Source: Pseudogymnoascus verrucosus (Eukaryota). Taken from it: a stretch of 64,000 bases of DNA. Location: NCBI GenBank assembly GCA_001662655.1, contig KV460241.1; one strand, given 5' to 3'. Numbering within the stretch: the stretch's first letter is position 1; each line of letters opens with the position of its first letter. This document shows, one piece after another, positions 36,560-49,766 of this stretch. The notes beneath the pieces were generated by a model. It did not search any database and had not been told where the DNA came from. It saw only the letters and a program-made list of their open reading frames with translations. Made by a program: the position numbers and the translations under genes.

Positions 36560-38765
36560 GCTCAGTTTTACTTTGGGCCTGGTTTTTGATATCATTCACC
36601 TGTCTTTGTTATGACAGAGAGGAAAGGGGGTTTACGGTTACGATAACACACACACACACTACACACAACTTACCAGTCCGCGCACTTGGTCTTTTTTTAC
36701 TCAACTCGACTTTGGCTATTCTTTTGGGTTCCCCCTTTTTTGGGAGCGCCTGGTGTCTCTAGGCGCAGGCAGTTACTTGGCCTTCTTTTTTGTATTGCTT
36801 TGCTCTGTTTTTTTGTATATGGGCATCACGAACCGAGACTTAATGCATTTTTCTTCTTTTTGTCCTTTCTCTCACTCGCCCTCTCTGTGGGGATTGAGGG
36901 ATGTCCGATTTACCTTGGCTCCTCTTTTTTGGTATCAGCAGCGGCGGCGGTGACTGACTGGCCAGCTGAATATGGTGGCTGTTTTGTTTATACACACCAC
37001 CCTCCTTTGAGGGAGGAATGGAATGGGTAGTTCGCGGTGGTATGGTGTGGTATGGGCGCGAACAATTGCGCGCCCTTGATGCGTGTGTGCGTACAGCGTG
37101 GCATACATGACGCGGTGGTGTTAGTTAGTTAGTCTGACCAAATATCCAATCAATCAATAAAATAAATAAACAAACTTCCAGATCGTGTGTATGCAGTCCC
37201 TTCTCATCCTGTCCATACGTAGATTGTGTAATTTGTATCCATCACGCAAACACCACACACCTCTCATCCCGTCTCATGGTGGTCGGTTCCGTTCCCGTTC
37301 CTCGCGTAGTAAACACAATTTTTTCTTCCCCGGCGCGGCCGGACCGCGTAAGGTACACGCGTAAAGTACCTCCTAGCGTGTATTTACGCGATACACTAGT
37401 CGCGATGGGGGATGGGACGTGTTCGGTTCGCGTTTTACCCGTCCCAGTGGTTAGGGTGTGGGAGAGGGCGGCTACGTCATGTGATTTTAGCTGGTTGCGG
37501 AATTCTCACACTCACACAGGCATGATTGCATTGGGGATGTATACTGTACATAGGGGATTGTTACGCAGGTGATTGGGGGATGTAATTAGGATAGATGATG
37601 GATGGATGGATGGATGTAACTGACGCTTCCGGCCGTAGCAGGAGGGGAAGGGGAAGGGTATACGATGTCATAACTTACCAGGAACCACAGTCGTAAGTCT
37701 GCCAACCACCAAGGAAACCAGCACCACCGCCATTTTACCCTCCAGCACAGATAGAGATGGTTAGATTAGACAGTCTAGGTGAGCAAGCGCGAGCAAGATG
37801 AGTAGCGCTGGTATTCTTAGATGTCCAAGAACCCATAAACCAGAACGTCGGTCCCAACCTCAGGAGAGCGCGCTCTCCACCTCGTAGAGTTTTGGTCTGT
37901 ATATGCACCATCTCCTCGGTGGATGAGTTGGAGGTGCTGCTGTGGAGAGGGGTGTTTGGTATGGTGAGTGTGATGTGTCCGTGTGCTGACTGTGATTCGA
38001 TCCTATATGAAAATATCCGTTTGCAGCCTGAGTAACCGCGGAACGTTACATTAAGGGACCTCCTTCCTTCCACCTACCCCGAGCCCACGACTACCCTGAG
38101 CTTCTACGCCCCTGACACTCTTTATGAAGCCCCTGAACCCCTAACACTATCACCAGTATCACCACCATCACCACCATCACCAAGCCCATCCAAGCAAGCC
38201 CATCAAGAACCCAAGAGAATCACTCGCAAATCTCTCCATTCACCCCCCTACCCTATCCTATCTACCTATCCCAGATACTCTAACATCCCCCCATTCCTAT
38301 CCTCGCCCTACCCTCCCGTCCAGAAAGTAAATCCCCCCCTCCCTATCCCCTTCCCCATCTTCCCCTCCTCAAAAATCGTGTAAAAAAAACACTCGGCTTA
38401 ACCACGCCAGAATTGTATATACAAGAATCCTCCCCCCTCCCGACTTTCCGTCTCCTCACCCACCCATCATGAAGAAAAGAAAGAACCTCATTGCTCTTGG
38501 TACAACCACCCGTCCTCAACTCATCACCAGAAAAGAAAAGAAAAGAAAAATCCCAATATCGACGGCGCCAGTAAGTAGAAAAGAAGGAAAGAAGAATATG
38601 AAAACAGGCAAAAAAGCCCAAAGAAAAAACAAAAGAGGCGGCCGTCGTCGTCCGAAAATCTTATAAACATGACATAGCATGATCCCATCACTTCGTAACC
38701 CCCCCATTCACCCCCTTTCCCTCGTCCACACCTCCCAAGCTCCCACTGCTGTTCGTTCGGCAAGC

Positions 38766-41700
38766 TCAAACAGCTTCCGCCGCTCTCTCCTCCCTCTCCC
38801 GATAAATCTTCTCCTTCATCACCCTCGCCGCGAGGAGACAATCAATGTACGTCCTAAACTTGACTATCTCCCTGAGCAAGTAACTCGACTTACGCTCCCA
38901 GTTCGCCATAGCGCGGTGGGCATTGGGTGAGCGTGGTGTGAACTATTTCCCCCAAAGTCAGCAAATTTTCCAACATCGGGGAGGAAAGGGAAGAAATCCA
39001 GAAATGAGAAAAGAACAAAAAGGGGATAAAAACTCACAGCCAACATCATAGCCCCCCTCAACCGATTATGCCCAACCAACTCCTCCTCAACCCCCCTAAC
39101 ATACCCCTCCAACCCCCCCAACTGCTCCCCCTCCTCCAGAGAACTCGCCCTCATACTCTGCGTCGGCGGCGCCCACTCAGATATCGTAATCTTATCCCCC
39201 GGCAAGCGTGCCTTAAACCCCCCAGCACCCTGATCCAAGCTACTGCGCAAGCTACTCTGCAGACTCGGTCGGGGGCCGCTGATACTCGCTGATCGCCCGC
39301 CGCCCCTCACACCACCAGCTGCCGTGGTGGTCGTACCTGTCCCCGTCGTGGGGGGGGAGGTTGGATGTGCGTCTTGGATGGCAGAGACCAAAGAGTTATT
39401 AATAACAGCATCACTCCATCCATACTCAACATTACTAATCCCCCCCACCAGCGGATGATTCGACAACCTCGCGCTCCAGTAATTGGCCGTACTAACAAAC
39501 TCCTTCACAATCTCCGGCGTCCCAACTTGGAACAGATGAACCGCCCCCGTCGGCAGACTAAGCGCAAACACATGCGGTCTAGCCTTCGAATACCCCGGGC
39601 TGGGGAGCGTACTAGCAATCGTCTGCCTCAGCAAGAAGCTTCCCAGATTCTCCGCATTATCCTGCCAGTTCCCCCCACCAACAACAACAACACCAGCGCC
39701 CTTGGCGCGGGAGGCGGATTTCTGGCGCACAGACTTGGAGGAGAAGGAGAAGAGTGACATATACCCCTTCTCAATAACCACAAACACCTCGGCCCAATTG
39801 CGGTCTTTCGCTTTCTTGTCAGCAGCCTCGAGATGGTGTTTATGCTTCACGATCCCCTCCTTAGCCCAGGGCGCGCCATGAAGCTCCAAAGACTCGTCCT
39901 CCAGCAGCGGCGGGGTGACTCTAAGATCGTCCGCCTTCCCATCCGCGCTGCCGACATTCTCTTCCCTAATAATCGCCTGACTAAGCGCATTCGCAAAGCC
40001 GATGGACTGCTGGTAATCCCCCTGGGGGTAATTCGAGTCCAAGGAGTTGACGGACAACATACTCGTCTGCGTCTTCCCGAGGGAGTATTTACTCCACGTA
40101 CTCGAGCTCTGCGAGGGACTCCAGATAGAAGACTGATCATCCAAACTCGTCCGACTCGATCCCATTGTCGAGTGCGGATACACCCTCGGCCGCGATCGAT
40201 TCTTGTTCGTCCACTTCCCCGTATTCAACCTCACCGCATCCGCCGTCCTTCCACGCGAGAAACTCATCGATTCCGAGCCCGCCTTGCTAATAATACTAGG
40301 CGTCCTCCTCAACTTATTCGTCCCGAACACAGACAGACTACTCTGCGACGCCTGCTGCAACCTCGGCTGCTCCGCCGGCGCCCCGAACAGCGGCAACCTC
40401 TCGCTACGAACCCCATTATAGAAGTCCTTAAGCACAATCTCCACCTGTCCCTCCCACGCCTTCAGCGTCCCCTGGAACGGCGCGCGAACGAGCGGTCCAC
40501 AGTCATCCAGCGCAGGACTCTGCCCATTCAGACTCGTAACACTCGGTCCCATAGACCCAGGGCGTAACGACTTCCCCGGTGGTCGCAGCGCAAGCTGTTT
40601 CTCCGGTTCAAACGCATTAACCTGGTCCCTGAGCGCGCGCATGTCGACATTGAGATCATGACGCAGTTCGTCCTCGGGCTCGGGGACTTCGAATTTAGGC
40701 GACAGGATTGTAGGCCGCGAGGGCTCGAAGGCTTCGGGTGCGGCGTCGGCGACGACGCGGAGGATGGTGGGGATGGTGTTTTTGACGAATTGGGATTTGG
40801 TCATCTTGGACTCGATGTCGGCGAGATGGAGGTCCGTGTTGAGTAGTAAGATGGAGTAGCAGATCGTGTGCACCACATCCGTAATCTTAAACCCATGGTG
40901 CGGATTGCACTGACACCAGCGTGTGGCGAAGGTATCCAGAATCCGATCAACCTGCTGCGACTCCGCCTTCAGAAGAAGCCTATTACACAGCGCGCGCAGA
41001 GCCCCAAGGATATCCATATCCTTGAAATCGTACAACTCCATATAAGCAAGCAGCGTGCGTCGTCTGATCGCCCCATCCTCCCCAAGCCACGCAGCCGCCT
41101 TCGATTTCTGGATAAAATCCTCATTGCCATCGTAGATCTTCTTCGCCCTCTCCCAGTCCCCCGTCGTGGGCTGAACCTGCTCCACCGCGCTCGAGGGCTC
41201 GGAGGAGTTATACGCATCCTTCGTAGACGGGAGAGTCATGCTCTCACCACCAGCAAGACTAGTCGCAGAGTGAAACACAGCCGGGCTAGACTCGCTACTC
41301 TCCACCCCCTTCATCCCCTCCAACGGCAGCGAGATACTAGACGTCTTCTCCGCGTCCGGCACACGGTCCTTCCCCCTAACCGTCCCGTCATTATCAGACG
41401 CCTCATCCTTCTTCGACTTCGGCGAACCCCCGGACGCCGGATAGAGGGATAACATCGGATTCTCCGCCTTCCTCGCCGGCTGCCGCTTCGAGTACTTCTG
41501 CTCATACTCCGCCACGAGCGCCTTGTCGCGCGCCACTGAGTTGGGGGAGTGCGCCATATCCCTACTAGCCGGGTCCGCCTTCACCGTAAGCGTCTGCGAC
41601 ACAATCCGGTTCCCCTCCTTGTCATTGTCGCTGTTGTCCTGGAGGAAGGTCCTGTCGAGCTCCTTCTCGCTGTCGGTGCCCAGCTGGCTCTGCGAGGTGT

Positions 41701-43519
41701 TGTTCCGCATCAGCGGCGCGCGTATGGGCTCACCATTGCGACGACCAGGGTTGACAGATCGGATCGTAGCACTCTTATCCGGTGTGTATCCCGGCGAGAA
41801 CCCAGTAGACTCCTCAATACTATCGTCATCCTCGCCATTGTCATAGCGTCTCCCGTCATCATAGTCATCCCACCTTGGCGGCTGCGTAATCGGGCTATTG
41901 AGGTACTGGTTCATGACCTGCCTCAGCGAACTCGTCGGGCTAGCAAGATCCTGTACCACCTCCTGATCTCTAACCAGCACAAGCTGCAGCGGCATCGCAG
42001 GCACCTCCGGCTCGGATACCGACTTCTTCCTACGCTTGAAGAACGACGAGGGTTTCTTGCTTATAGCCTTCGGCGCCTCCTTTGGCACTCGCGGCGGCGG
42101 CGGCTGCTGAGGCGGGTATCCATGAGCCGTCCTCACCCTCTCCGTAGCCTGATTCTGGTATTTGTTGCTGGGCGGCCTCTCCATAGGGTCTCCCGATATC
42201 GTCGACCCAGGAGACGACACAGAGCCAGTGCTAGTCGCACCGGGTGTATTCGCCTTCGATCCAAACACCCTCCTAAAGAACCCAGGCTTCGAAGCACTCG
42301 TAGGCGCCGGAACATTCTTGACCTTGCCATATGCAACCAGCGGCGCGGGCGCAGGCTCCTCCTTCTTGAACGCCGGCATAGCCGCGAGCCTGCGATTCTC
42401 ATCCAAGCCATTGTTCATCGGATTTCCCTGTCCATGCGACGTCTCCGCACGCTTCTGGTATAGAGTTTTCGGCACACGACTGCTCTGCTCGCGTTGTAGA
42501 TTTCGTGGAGACGGCGTGCTAATGTCGGCGGTATACACTCCATTCGGCGTAATGGGCCTCTGTCGTCTCGGCCCAACAGGCACCGTCGGCGTCGGCGCCG
42601 CATCGTAGATATCGTATGGTTCGAGCTCATCCACCGGCGACGAGTGCGTCCTCTGCCTCTGTATCGGCGGCATCTGAGCCTCCTGTCCATAGTCATCGAA
42701 ACTCGACGCGCGACCACGACCGTACCCCGACGCCCACCGCTGACTACTCCCCGCCTGGGACGAGTGTCCCATATCCGAGCTCGAGACACTACTATCTTTG
42801 CTCTCCTTCCTCTCTCTCGGATGCGCCCCCCGACTTTGCAGCGCCTGCCTCGGCGTGCCCATCGAGCCGCTATTACTCGCGTGATGTCTCCCCGTCGTCG
42901 TAGTCGTATAATTCGAACTACTATTGCTCCTCCTTGTCCTCGCATACTGACTCGACGCCCTACTCGCCGCATCATGGTCGAAATCCTCACTAAACGAGTG
43001 TCCATGTCCCAATTGCCTCCCCCCATTCCCCCTTCGAATCTCATATCCCGCATACCCATCCTCCTCCGCGCCAAACGAATTATACAGCCCCTCCGCTCCC
43101 GGGATCCCAAACCCACCTCCTCCTCCTCCCTCGCCACCCAGCGAGAACTGGTCCAAGCTAAGCAACATATTATTCACCAGCGAATCCCGTGTGACCTGTT
43201 CAGGGGCAAGACTGAGATCGTGCGAGTGCCTCTCCCCGTCAGCGCGACGAGCTTGTGGTGACGGCCTTCCGAAATCGACGGGCGTGCTGTCGTCGAGGAA
43301 GGTCTCCCGTGGAATCGCTGCGGGCGCGGTGGTGTTGTTGTCCCTCTCCCTAAGCGCCCGGCGGGAGCGGGTGCCAGGGGGCGTGCGAGGGGGGGAGAGG
43401 TTGGGGTCGCGAGGCTTGCGGTAGGCGCTCGTGTTGCTGGTTGTGTTTGTGTTGAGGGTGAGGGAGACGCCGGCGGCGCGGCGGGAGGGCGAGGTCGGCA
43501 TGTTGTCGTAGACGTCCAT
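38766..43519 (-). CDS. Arf guanine-nucleotide exchange factor, Sec7 plus PH domains (Syt1/Yel1/EFA6-like)
   Basis: Exons 43519-39038 and 38942-38766 (1552 aa from the first in-frame ATG; the frame stays open further upstream, so the start is uncertain). Sec7 LKAESQQVDRIL, HTICYSILLLNTDLH; PH GAPWAKEGIVKHKH...FVSTANYWSARLS; C-terminal ANWERKSSYLLREIVKF. Confidence 0.9.
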
Positions 43520-46500
43520 GGTGTGTTCGCGATCGATTGAATCCCCCTGGGGGGTAGTAGGGGGTTCGTGATCGGGTGGTAGGTGGTGGTTGAGTGTGTG
43601 TTGCTCAATGGGGGTGAGTGTGATAGTGATGGGGGGTCTCAACGGCGGTGATGGGTCGCCATATAGGTTGACAGCGAGCGTCCGGAGACTTTTTGTGGAG
43701 GGTTGGGGGTTGATTGGAAAGGGAGAAGTGTGGTGGTGAGGGTGGAATGGATTGGCGTTTCTACTTTCAGTACTTTCGTTTGGGACGGTGCGATCGGCGG
43801 CCACATGGCATGCTGGGGGGTGGAGACGGAGAAACGTTTGTACTGTACTGACGGAGACAAAGTTAACAATTTCGTACGCTCATCATGGTGCAACATTAAC
43901 GGGCTAGGAACACTAATAAGCCCGAGGCCTAGTAGTAGACTGTAGCCTGTAGACTGGTAGTAGACGGGAAGTCGGTCATAGCACAAAACGGGCAATTTTA
44001 ACAAAATGCGCCCACGACAGATGAGTGTCTCACAACAATTAGGATTGAGGGTGGTTCAGTCTGATTTTAGTAGGGTTCAGTAGGGTTCAGTCTGGTTCAG
44101 AAGGGGTTCACCTAGTATCAAGCGCGTATAATTACCTACTTGTACGCGATTATATATCCCGATGTCCTACCTACAGTCCCACAGCCCTACACCACAGTCC
44201 TACAGTGGTACCACTCGACGCGTAAAGTGTGTACAGACCTCTAACTGCCATAACCCGTCCCTCCCCCGTTATCCTAAAGAAAAATCAGGGGTTCTCCCCT
44301 CTCCCTCCTACACGAACGGGTCCTTACCCTACCACCTACCCGTCAATCCCCCTCTACGCGTGCAGGAGTGCGTGCAGGAGTAATCCCTCCTCATGCACCA
44401 CACCCTCTCTCCCGAAACGCGCTCTCCTCTAGTCGCCTCAGCCCGTCCCCCCTAGGCATTATCGTCGTGTGATAGGTCGGCGATTAGTTTAGTAGTGGCT
44501 AACGGAACAGGTTTAGGAGGGGGGATTCAGGTACGGGCCAGGTACGGAGAGGCACGGTTGTTAGTTGGGGTACTTTTGAATTCAGGTAATTTAGTAGTGG
44601 GTGGTAAGTAACTTATCTAACGATAACTCCAGCCCACATCTTCTTTTGCTCCCCTAACTAAATTCTCACTGCATCCCTCACCACACCACTAGAACACCCA
44701 CTAGAAGGTCTTTGCACCATCCACGACCAGCCCTGCCATCCACCACAACCATCACCACACCACAACTAGCAGCACCCACCACCAGCACTACCACACCACT
44801 AACCACCACTAACCACCACTAACCACCGCTAACCCCCCACCCCAACTCCCCGAAGTAAACCCCCCAAACCACCCCATCCCCATCCCATGAAACCCCCATC
44901 TCCCTCCCCCGCCTCACCTCAAACACCAAACCCGTCTGTGCGCTGCGTGCTGCGTTGGTTCAAAACACGCTATTACACTACATACACGTCTAGACATGCA
45001 CTTTCCACAGCCTTGCAGATAGTTAAAATTGCACGCTACTGTACTGTACAGACAGACAGGAAGGGAAGACAGGAAGACACACAGACAGACAGACAGACAA
45101 GCCGTACACTACACGACTTACCGCGGTTCATGCAACCCGTACTGTACTGCACGCACACACCTCCTCCCCCCCCCCACGAAACAACTCCCCTCTCCCCTCC
45201 CCCCGATCTCCCGATCCCCCCCGCCAATCACCCGCCACAACCCATCCACCGCATCACATCTCATCAAATCGATCGACACACGATGGACAGCGCATCGACG
45301 CCTCCTTCCTGCCTTCCTTCATATCCCTTCTATCTCCCTGTAGATCCCTCCATCACTGTCTGTCCCTGCCTCCCATCCTATCCTATTCCGTCTAATCCGT
45401 GTACCCCCATCTAAGACATCCACCCCAATCCATCACCCATCGCGCGCGCCACACATTAACCCATTACTCGCGCGCCCTCATCTCTCACCTAACTCAGCAC
45501 ACCGCCGCATAGCAGTTCAGTGGTGTGGTGCAATCCATCGCGCGCCGGCTAGTCCACCCGCGACCCGCCGCGTTCCTCCCGCGTAGCTCCCCTAGCTCGT
45601 CCTAAACCGCTCGACCAACCTAGCAATCTCCTCTCCGTCGTTGCCCCTTCCATCACCCCCTGCGTCCGCACCGCGTAAGAAAACCCACTCGGCGGGGTAG
45701 CTAACGCGTTGGATGTACTAAAGAGGTAGGGAGGATGTACCAAAGAGGAGAATAGATGCAAGGAACGGGGCTAGACTGGTGATGTTGGTGCCCAAAGGAG
45801 TGAGTGGTGCAAGGGTGGATTAGCTAGGAGGGGAAGGAGAGGAAGGAGGAACGCGGGAGGGACGGGAGGGATGGGGGATCTGTGCGGGAAGCTCCTAGGG
45901 GTCGGGGGGGTCTAAGCGTCTATCTCCTCCTCAGGACTGGTGGGCTGGAATGGACTCGACTCGACTCAACGACATAGCCATGATAGTAGTTCGGCGGCAT
46001 GAGATATGTGCCGACGAAGAGACCTGTATCCTGCATATTTACGGTAGTTGGACGGGGAGTAGGCGGGAGTGATTGTAGTCCGCTTGAGGTTGTGAATGGT
46101 GTCTGAATGCCACCCTCAGCCCTGGCGCCACATTGATTGTCTAGAGGTCTATGATGAGTGAGCAGGTTGGGGGGATACACGTACACCCTCTCTCTCTCTA
46201 TGGCGCGGGGAATCGGTATATCAACCCCCCCTTGAACCGGTGCGAGGGGGACATCTGGGCAGTTGGGGTGGCCTGGTGAATGCATCCGGGACGACAGAGA
46301 GGTGGGCGGTTATGCATTATGCGTCTCTTTTAGGACGGTGTGAGGTCTTGCGCTCACGGCATTGGCGTTGGAGGAGCGTGAGGGATTGTAACTACCCTAC
46401 TTAATGCATTTCACGTGGTGACTTGTTTCTGGATGCTGAGATATCCATATTCACCCTATTGTACCCGATCGTCTATGGCGGCTAATGCTATGCTATAAGG

Positions 46501-46668
46501 TGCGGGGTATTCTGAGCTTATACAGTATAATACTACGGCCAATTAGCATGCTGATTACTTCACATGAGGGGTAACAAAATCTGCTACGAGCAGTCTATGA
46601 ACCCATCCGTAAACCATAACTTTTGAGTAATAGTCAAGGCTTCCATTAATAGCGAAAGCGGGTACAGA

Positions 46669-48248
46669 ATGGGAAGCTACGAGGTTAGAAAGAGCACAGA
46701 AACCTAACTGATATACTAATGGAAAGTAGGAAGCAATACGGCTCTTAAATGGGAGGAGAGAGCCACCAAAGGCGAATCCAGACGAGATGCGTGGTTCAGA
46801 TGATATGTTACCATGGCTCAGATTACTAGGCTACTCGGTATAGAACCAGCGCTCTCTAACCCCCCGCAAATCCTGCTAACAGAACAATATAGGATGAGAC
46901 ATTAAACAGTCTCAACGCTATACACGTCGCAGGAACGAAAGGTAAAGGTAGCACATGCATTTTCATCGCGTCATTTCTCAGAGCACATGGGCAGCGCTGT
47001 GGATACCCGCGCAAAATCGGTCTGTATACATCACCACATATGAATCATATACGGGAGAGGATTCGCATCAACGACGAGCCGATTTCCAAGGACCTTTTCG
47101 CGTCTCATTTTTTTGAAATCTGGGAGAAACTACCCCGTGAGGCTACTAGGACCTTGGATATTCCTCGATATCTTCAACTCTTAGCTCTCCTCGCATTCCA
47201 TGTGTTTGTCAAAGAAGGAGTTGATGTGGGGGTCTTCGAGACGCACGCTGGTGGGAAATATGACGCGACGAACGTGATAAAAACACCATGTGTAACAGCG
47301 GTTACTTCGATCGGCATGGATCATGCGAGACTACTAGGCCATGATATCCAAGCTATTGCCCGACATAAGGCAGGAATTTTCAAATCCGGATGTCCAGCCT
47401 TTTCTGTTCTTCAGGAACCAATGGTTACGGCCGAGTTCGAGAAGCAAGCAATGAAGGAGGGAGTATTGTTGAAGTTCGTCGACTTAGACGAGACGCTTCC
47501 TACGGACGCAGCTGCTTTAAAGCCAGTTCCCCAGAGAATCAACTGCTCTCTCGCTCTCACAGTCTCCCGCGAATGGCTACGTCAGAAGGCTCCAGATAAG
47601 GAACTAACTACGGAAGATATTATCTGCGGTATTAAGCAGTTTTCGTGGCCCGGCCGATTTCAGCAAATAACAGACGGTAGATGTCAGTGGTTTCTTGATT
47701 GTGCTCATAACGAGTTGAGTTTACCATATGCCGCGACATGGTTTGCAGAGGCTATTACCGAGAACCAAGAGTATGTTTAATCTTTGACAGTAGAGAAACA
47801 AGGCATATAACAATCAATTCTAGTGGGTGTACATACCCTCCCCGGATTCTTATATTCAGCCATTTTAGTGATCGAGATGGCCAAACGCTTCTAAACAGCA
47901 TTGCTAAAGCCCTAGAGACTCGACAAGTTCGAATACAACACCTTATCTTAACGACATACGACATAAGACGAGATGGCCAAGCTTCAATCGGTATATTTTT
48001 CTTATACTAAAGTAAGACTATAAGCTTACCCTCTCGTAGACCGAAACATGATGAACCGATACAAGCCAGAGATTCAGAGCCTGTACGCCCAAGCTTGGAG
48101 GTTATTAGATCCTGCTACCAAGATATGGGAGGAACGAACGATTGAGGAGGCTTTGGATCGGGCAAGGAATATCTCTACCCGGGACGGAATGCAGGTTTTC
48201 GTTACAGGGAGTATTAAATTAGTTAGTGGCGCTCTCTCTCTCTTGTAA
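46669..48248 (+). CDS. folylpolyglutamate synthase-like Mur-ligase family protein (divergent paralogue)
   Basis: Exons 46669-46683, 46730-46837, 46893-47770, 47824-47990, 48040-48248 (458 aa). P-loop IHVAGTKGKGSTC, GLYTSPH...RERIRIN, ETHAGGKYDATN, GMDH, HKAGIFK, WPGRFQ, LDCAHN, VTGS. Confidence 0.88.
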
Positions 48249-49663
48249 TAACATGATCATCACACTTGCAGGGACCGGTCGCGCCCTAGATCGGCACAAA
48301 ATGAGGGAGCCCATCCATTCATAGAAGGAAGGTAGGCCATCCTAGTAGATGTGAAATCGGGATGAACCCCGATATGACGGACGGGAGAGCGGGGAGTTGG
48401 TAGAGAAGCGGCGTGGTGTAGATTTGGCAGGCAGTTCTGCCTAAACCAAGCACGTTAAACTAAATAAGTAAATCTAAAAACTCCTAACCAACCAAGCTCA
48501 TCATTATTATAAAAAATAGTCCCCCAAAAATAATAGTACTAGCAATAATTTATTTAAATCAACCTAAATCCCAAAAATATATTCTAAACCCCTATGCGGA
48601 CAGACAGAGAATACGACCAAATACGCAATCACATCGAACAGACCCCCCGAAGACACAGCTAGGAAGTTATGTATACAGAACCCAGCGCTCCGAGTCCAAA
48701 AGGCTTACGATGCAAGGGAAACTCCAAAACCCTCTTACCCCATCACGAAGATCAATCTAACCCCTCCCCCCCAACAAAGCGTAAAAAACCCTTACGACGG
48801 CGCCCGCCCAAGGGAACCAGAACCGAAAGAGGCCATCGAGATCCCAAGGCTAGAGGCGGGGCGGAGCTCGAAAAGAGAAGGGTGGCTGAGGGGGGGAGGA
48901 GAACAAGGCATCAATGCCATGGTGGAGCTGCACATATAAAATACAAAATTCTAGAGGCAGGATGTCGGCCGACCAGGCCTATTGAGAGAGAGAGATGTTG
49001 CACATTTAAGGGGATTGATTGTGTCTGGATATGTCTATGGCATGATCGGAGCAAAGGCGGGGGGCTGATGGGTTTGGTGAATACTAAGGGGATTGACTGC
49101 CTTAAGTACTCAACCTTTGAGAGAGGTCCAGTTCAGCCAATTTTCAAATGTTCGGGTCAACAGGCAAATGTGTGTATGGAAGTAAGTAAGTAGTCGGCTC
49201 AATATGCATCAACAGCGCGTGCGTTACGAGAATGAAAAAATGGCAAACTGTACAAACTAAGTAATATATGGGTTCTAATATATGATAGATAGACAAGACT
49301 TCTTGTTGAACAAGATATCCAACGACACCAATCAACCCACACACCCAGTCTCGTCGAACAACAGGAGTATCGCCTTTCGTCCTCGGGTTAATCAACAGCA
49401 CGGCACAACCTAATCACCAAGTGCTCGTAGACGCCCGCGGGAATCTAAATACGCATACGTTTCTGGTTGATATGGAAAGCGACAGTGACACTTGGCTCCA
49501 AGAGTTGACGGAGGAAAGGCCACTGAGGACATGAAGAAACTTCAACAAGAGGCAGAAGAAGAGAAAGCGATTATATGATGAGCAACCTACTCCTGATGAT
49601 CTCGCCAAGGTCGCAGAAACACGAGGATCGCTCTCTGCCAACCAGAAGGCAGTGAGCCGAGGA

Positions 49664-49766
49664 ACAGCAAGAACGACTGATAGCAAGAGCGACTGATAGC
49701 AAGAACGACTAACAGCAAGAACGACTGACAGCAAGAACGACCAACAGCAAGAACGACTGACAGCAA
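49664..49766. repeat. 16-bp minisatellite ACAGCAAGAACGACTG, about 6.4 copies
   Basis: Directly visible tandem array with a few transition variants. Confidence 0.9.

Noticed and set aside
37670..37685. ACTTACC resembling the U1 snRNA 5' end
   Set aside because: Not ATACTTACCTGG, and no U1 stem-loops or Sm site follow.
39833..43261. Several 200-300 aa alternative-frame ORFs
   Set aside because: Shadow ORFs of the GC-rich Sec7-PH gene.
43520..43804. GTG-initiated N-terminal extension of the Sec7-PH gene
   Set aside because: The GTG start comes from the ORF caller's alternative-start rule; without transcript data it cannot be distinguished from 5' UTR or an upstream exon.
49664..49766. Repeat array as CRISPR
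   Set aside because: Head-to-tail repeats with no spacers in a eukaryotic genome.
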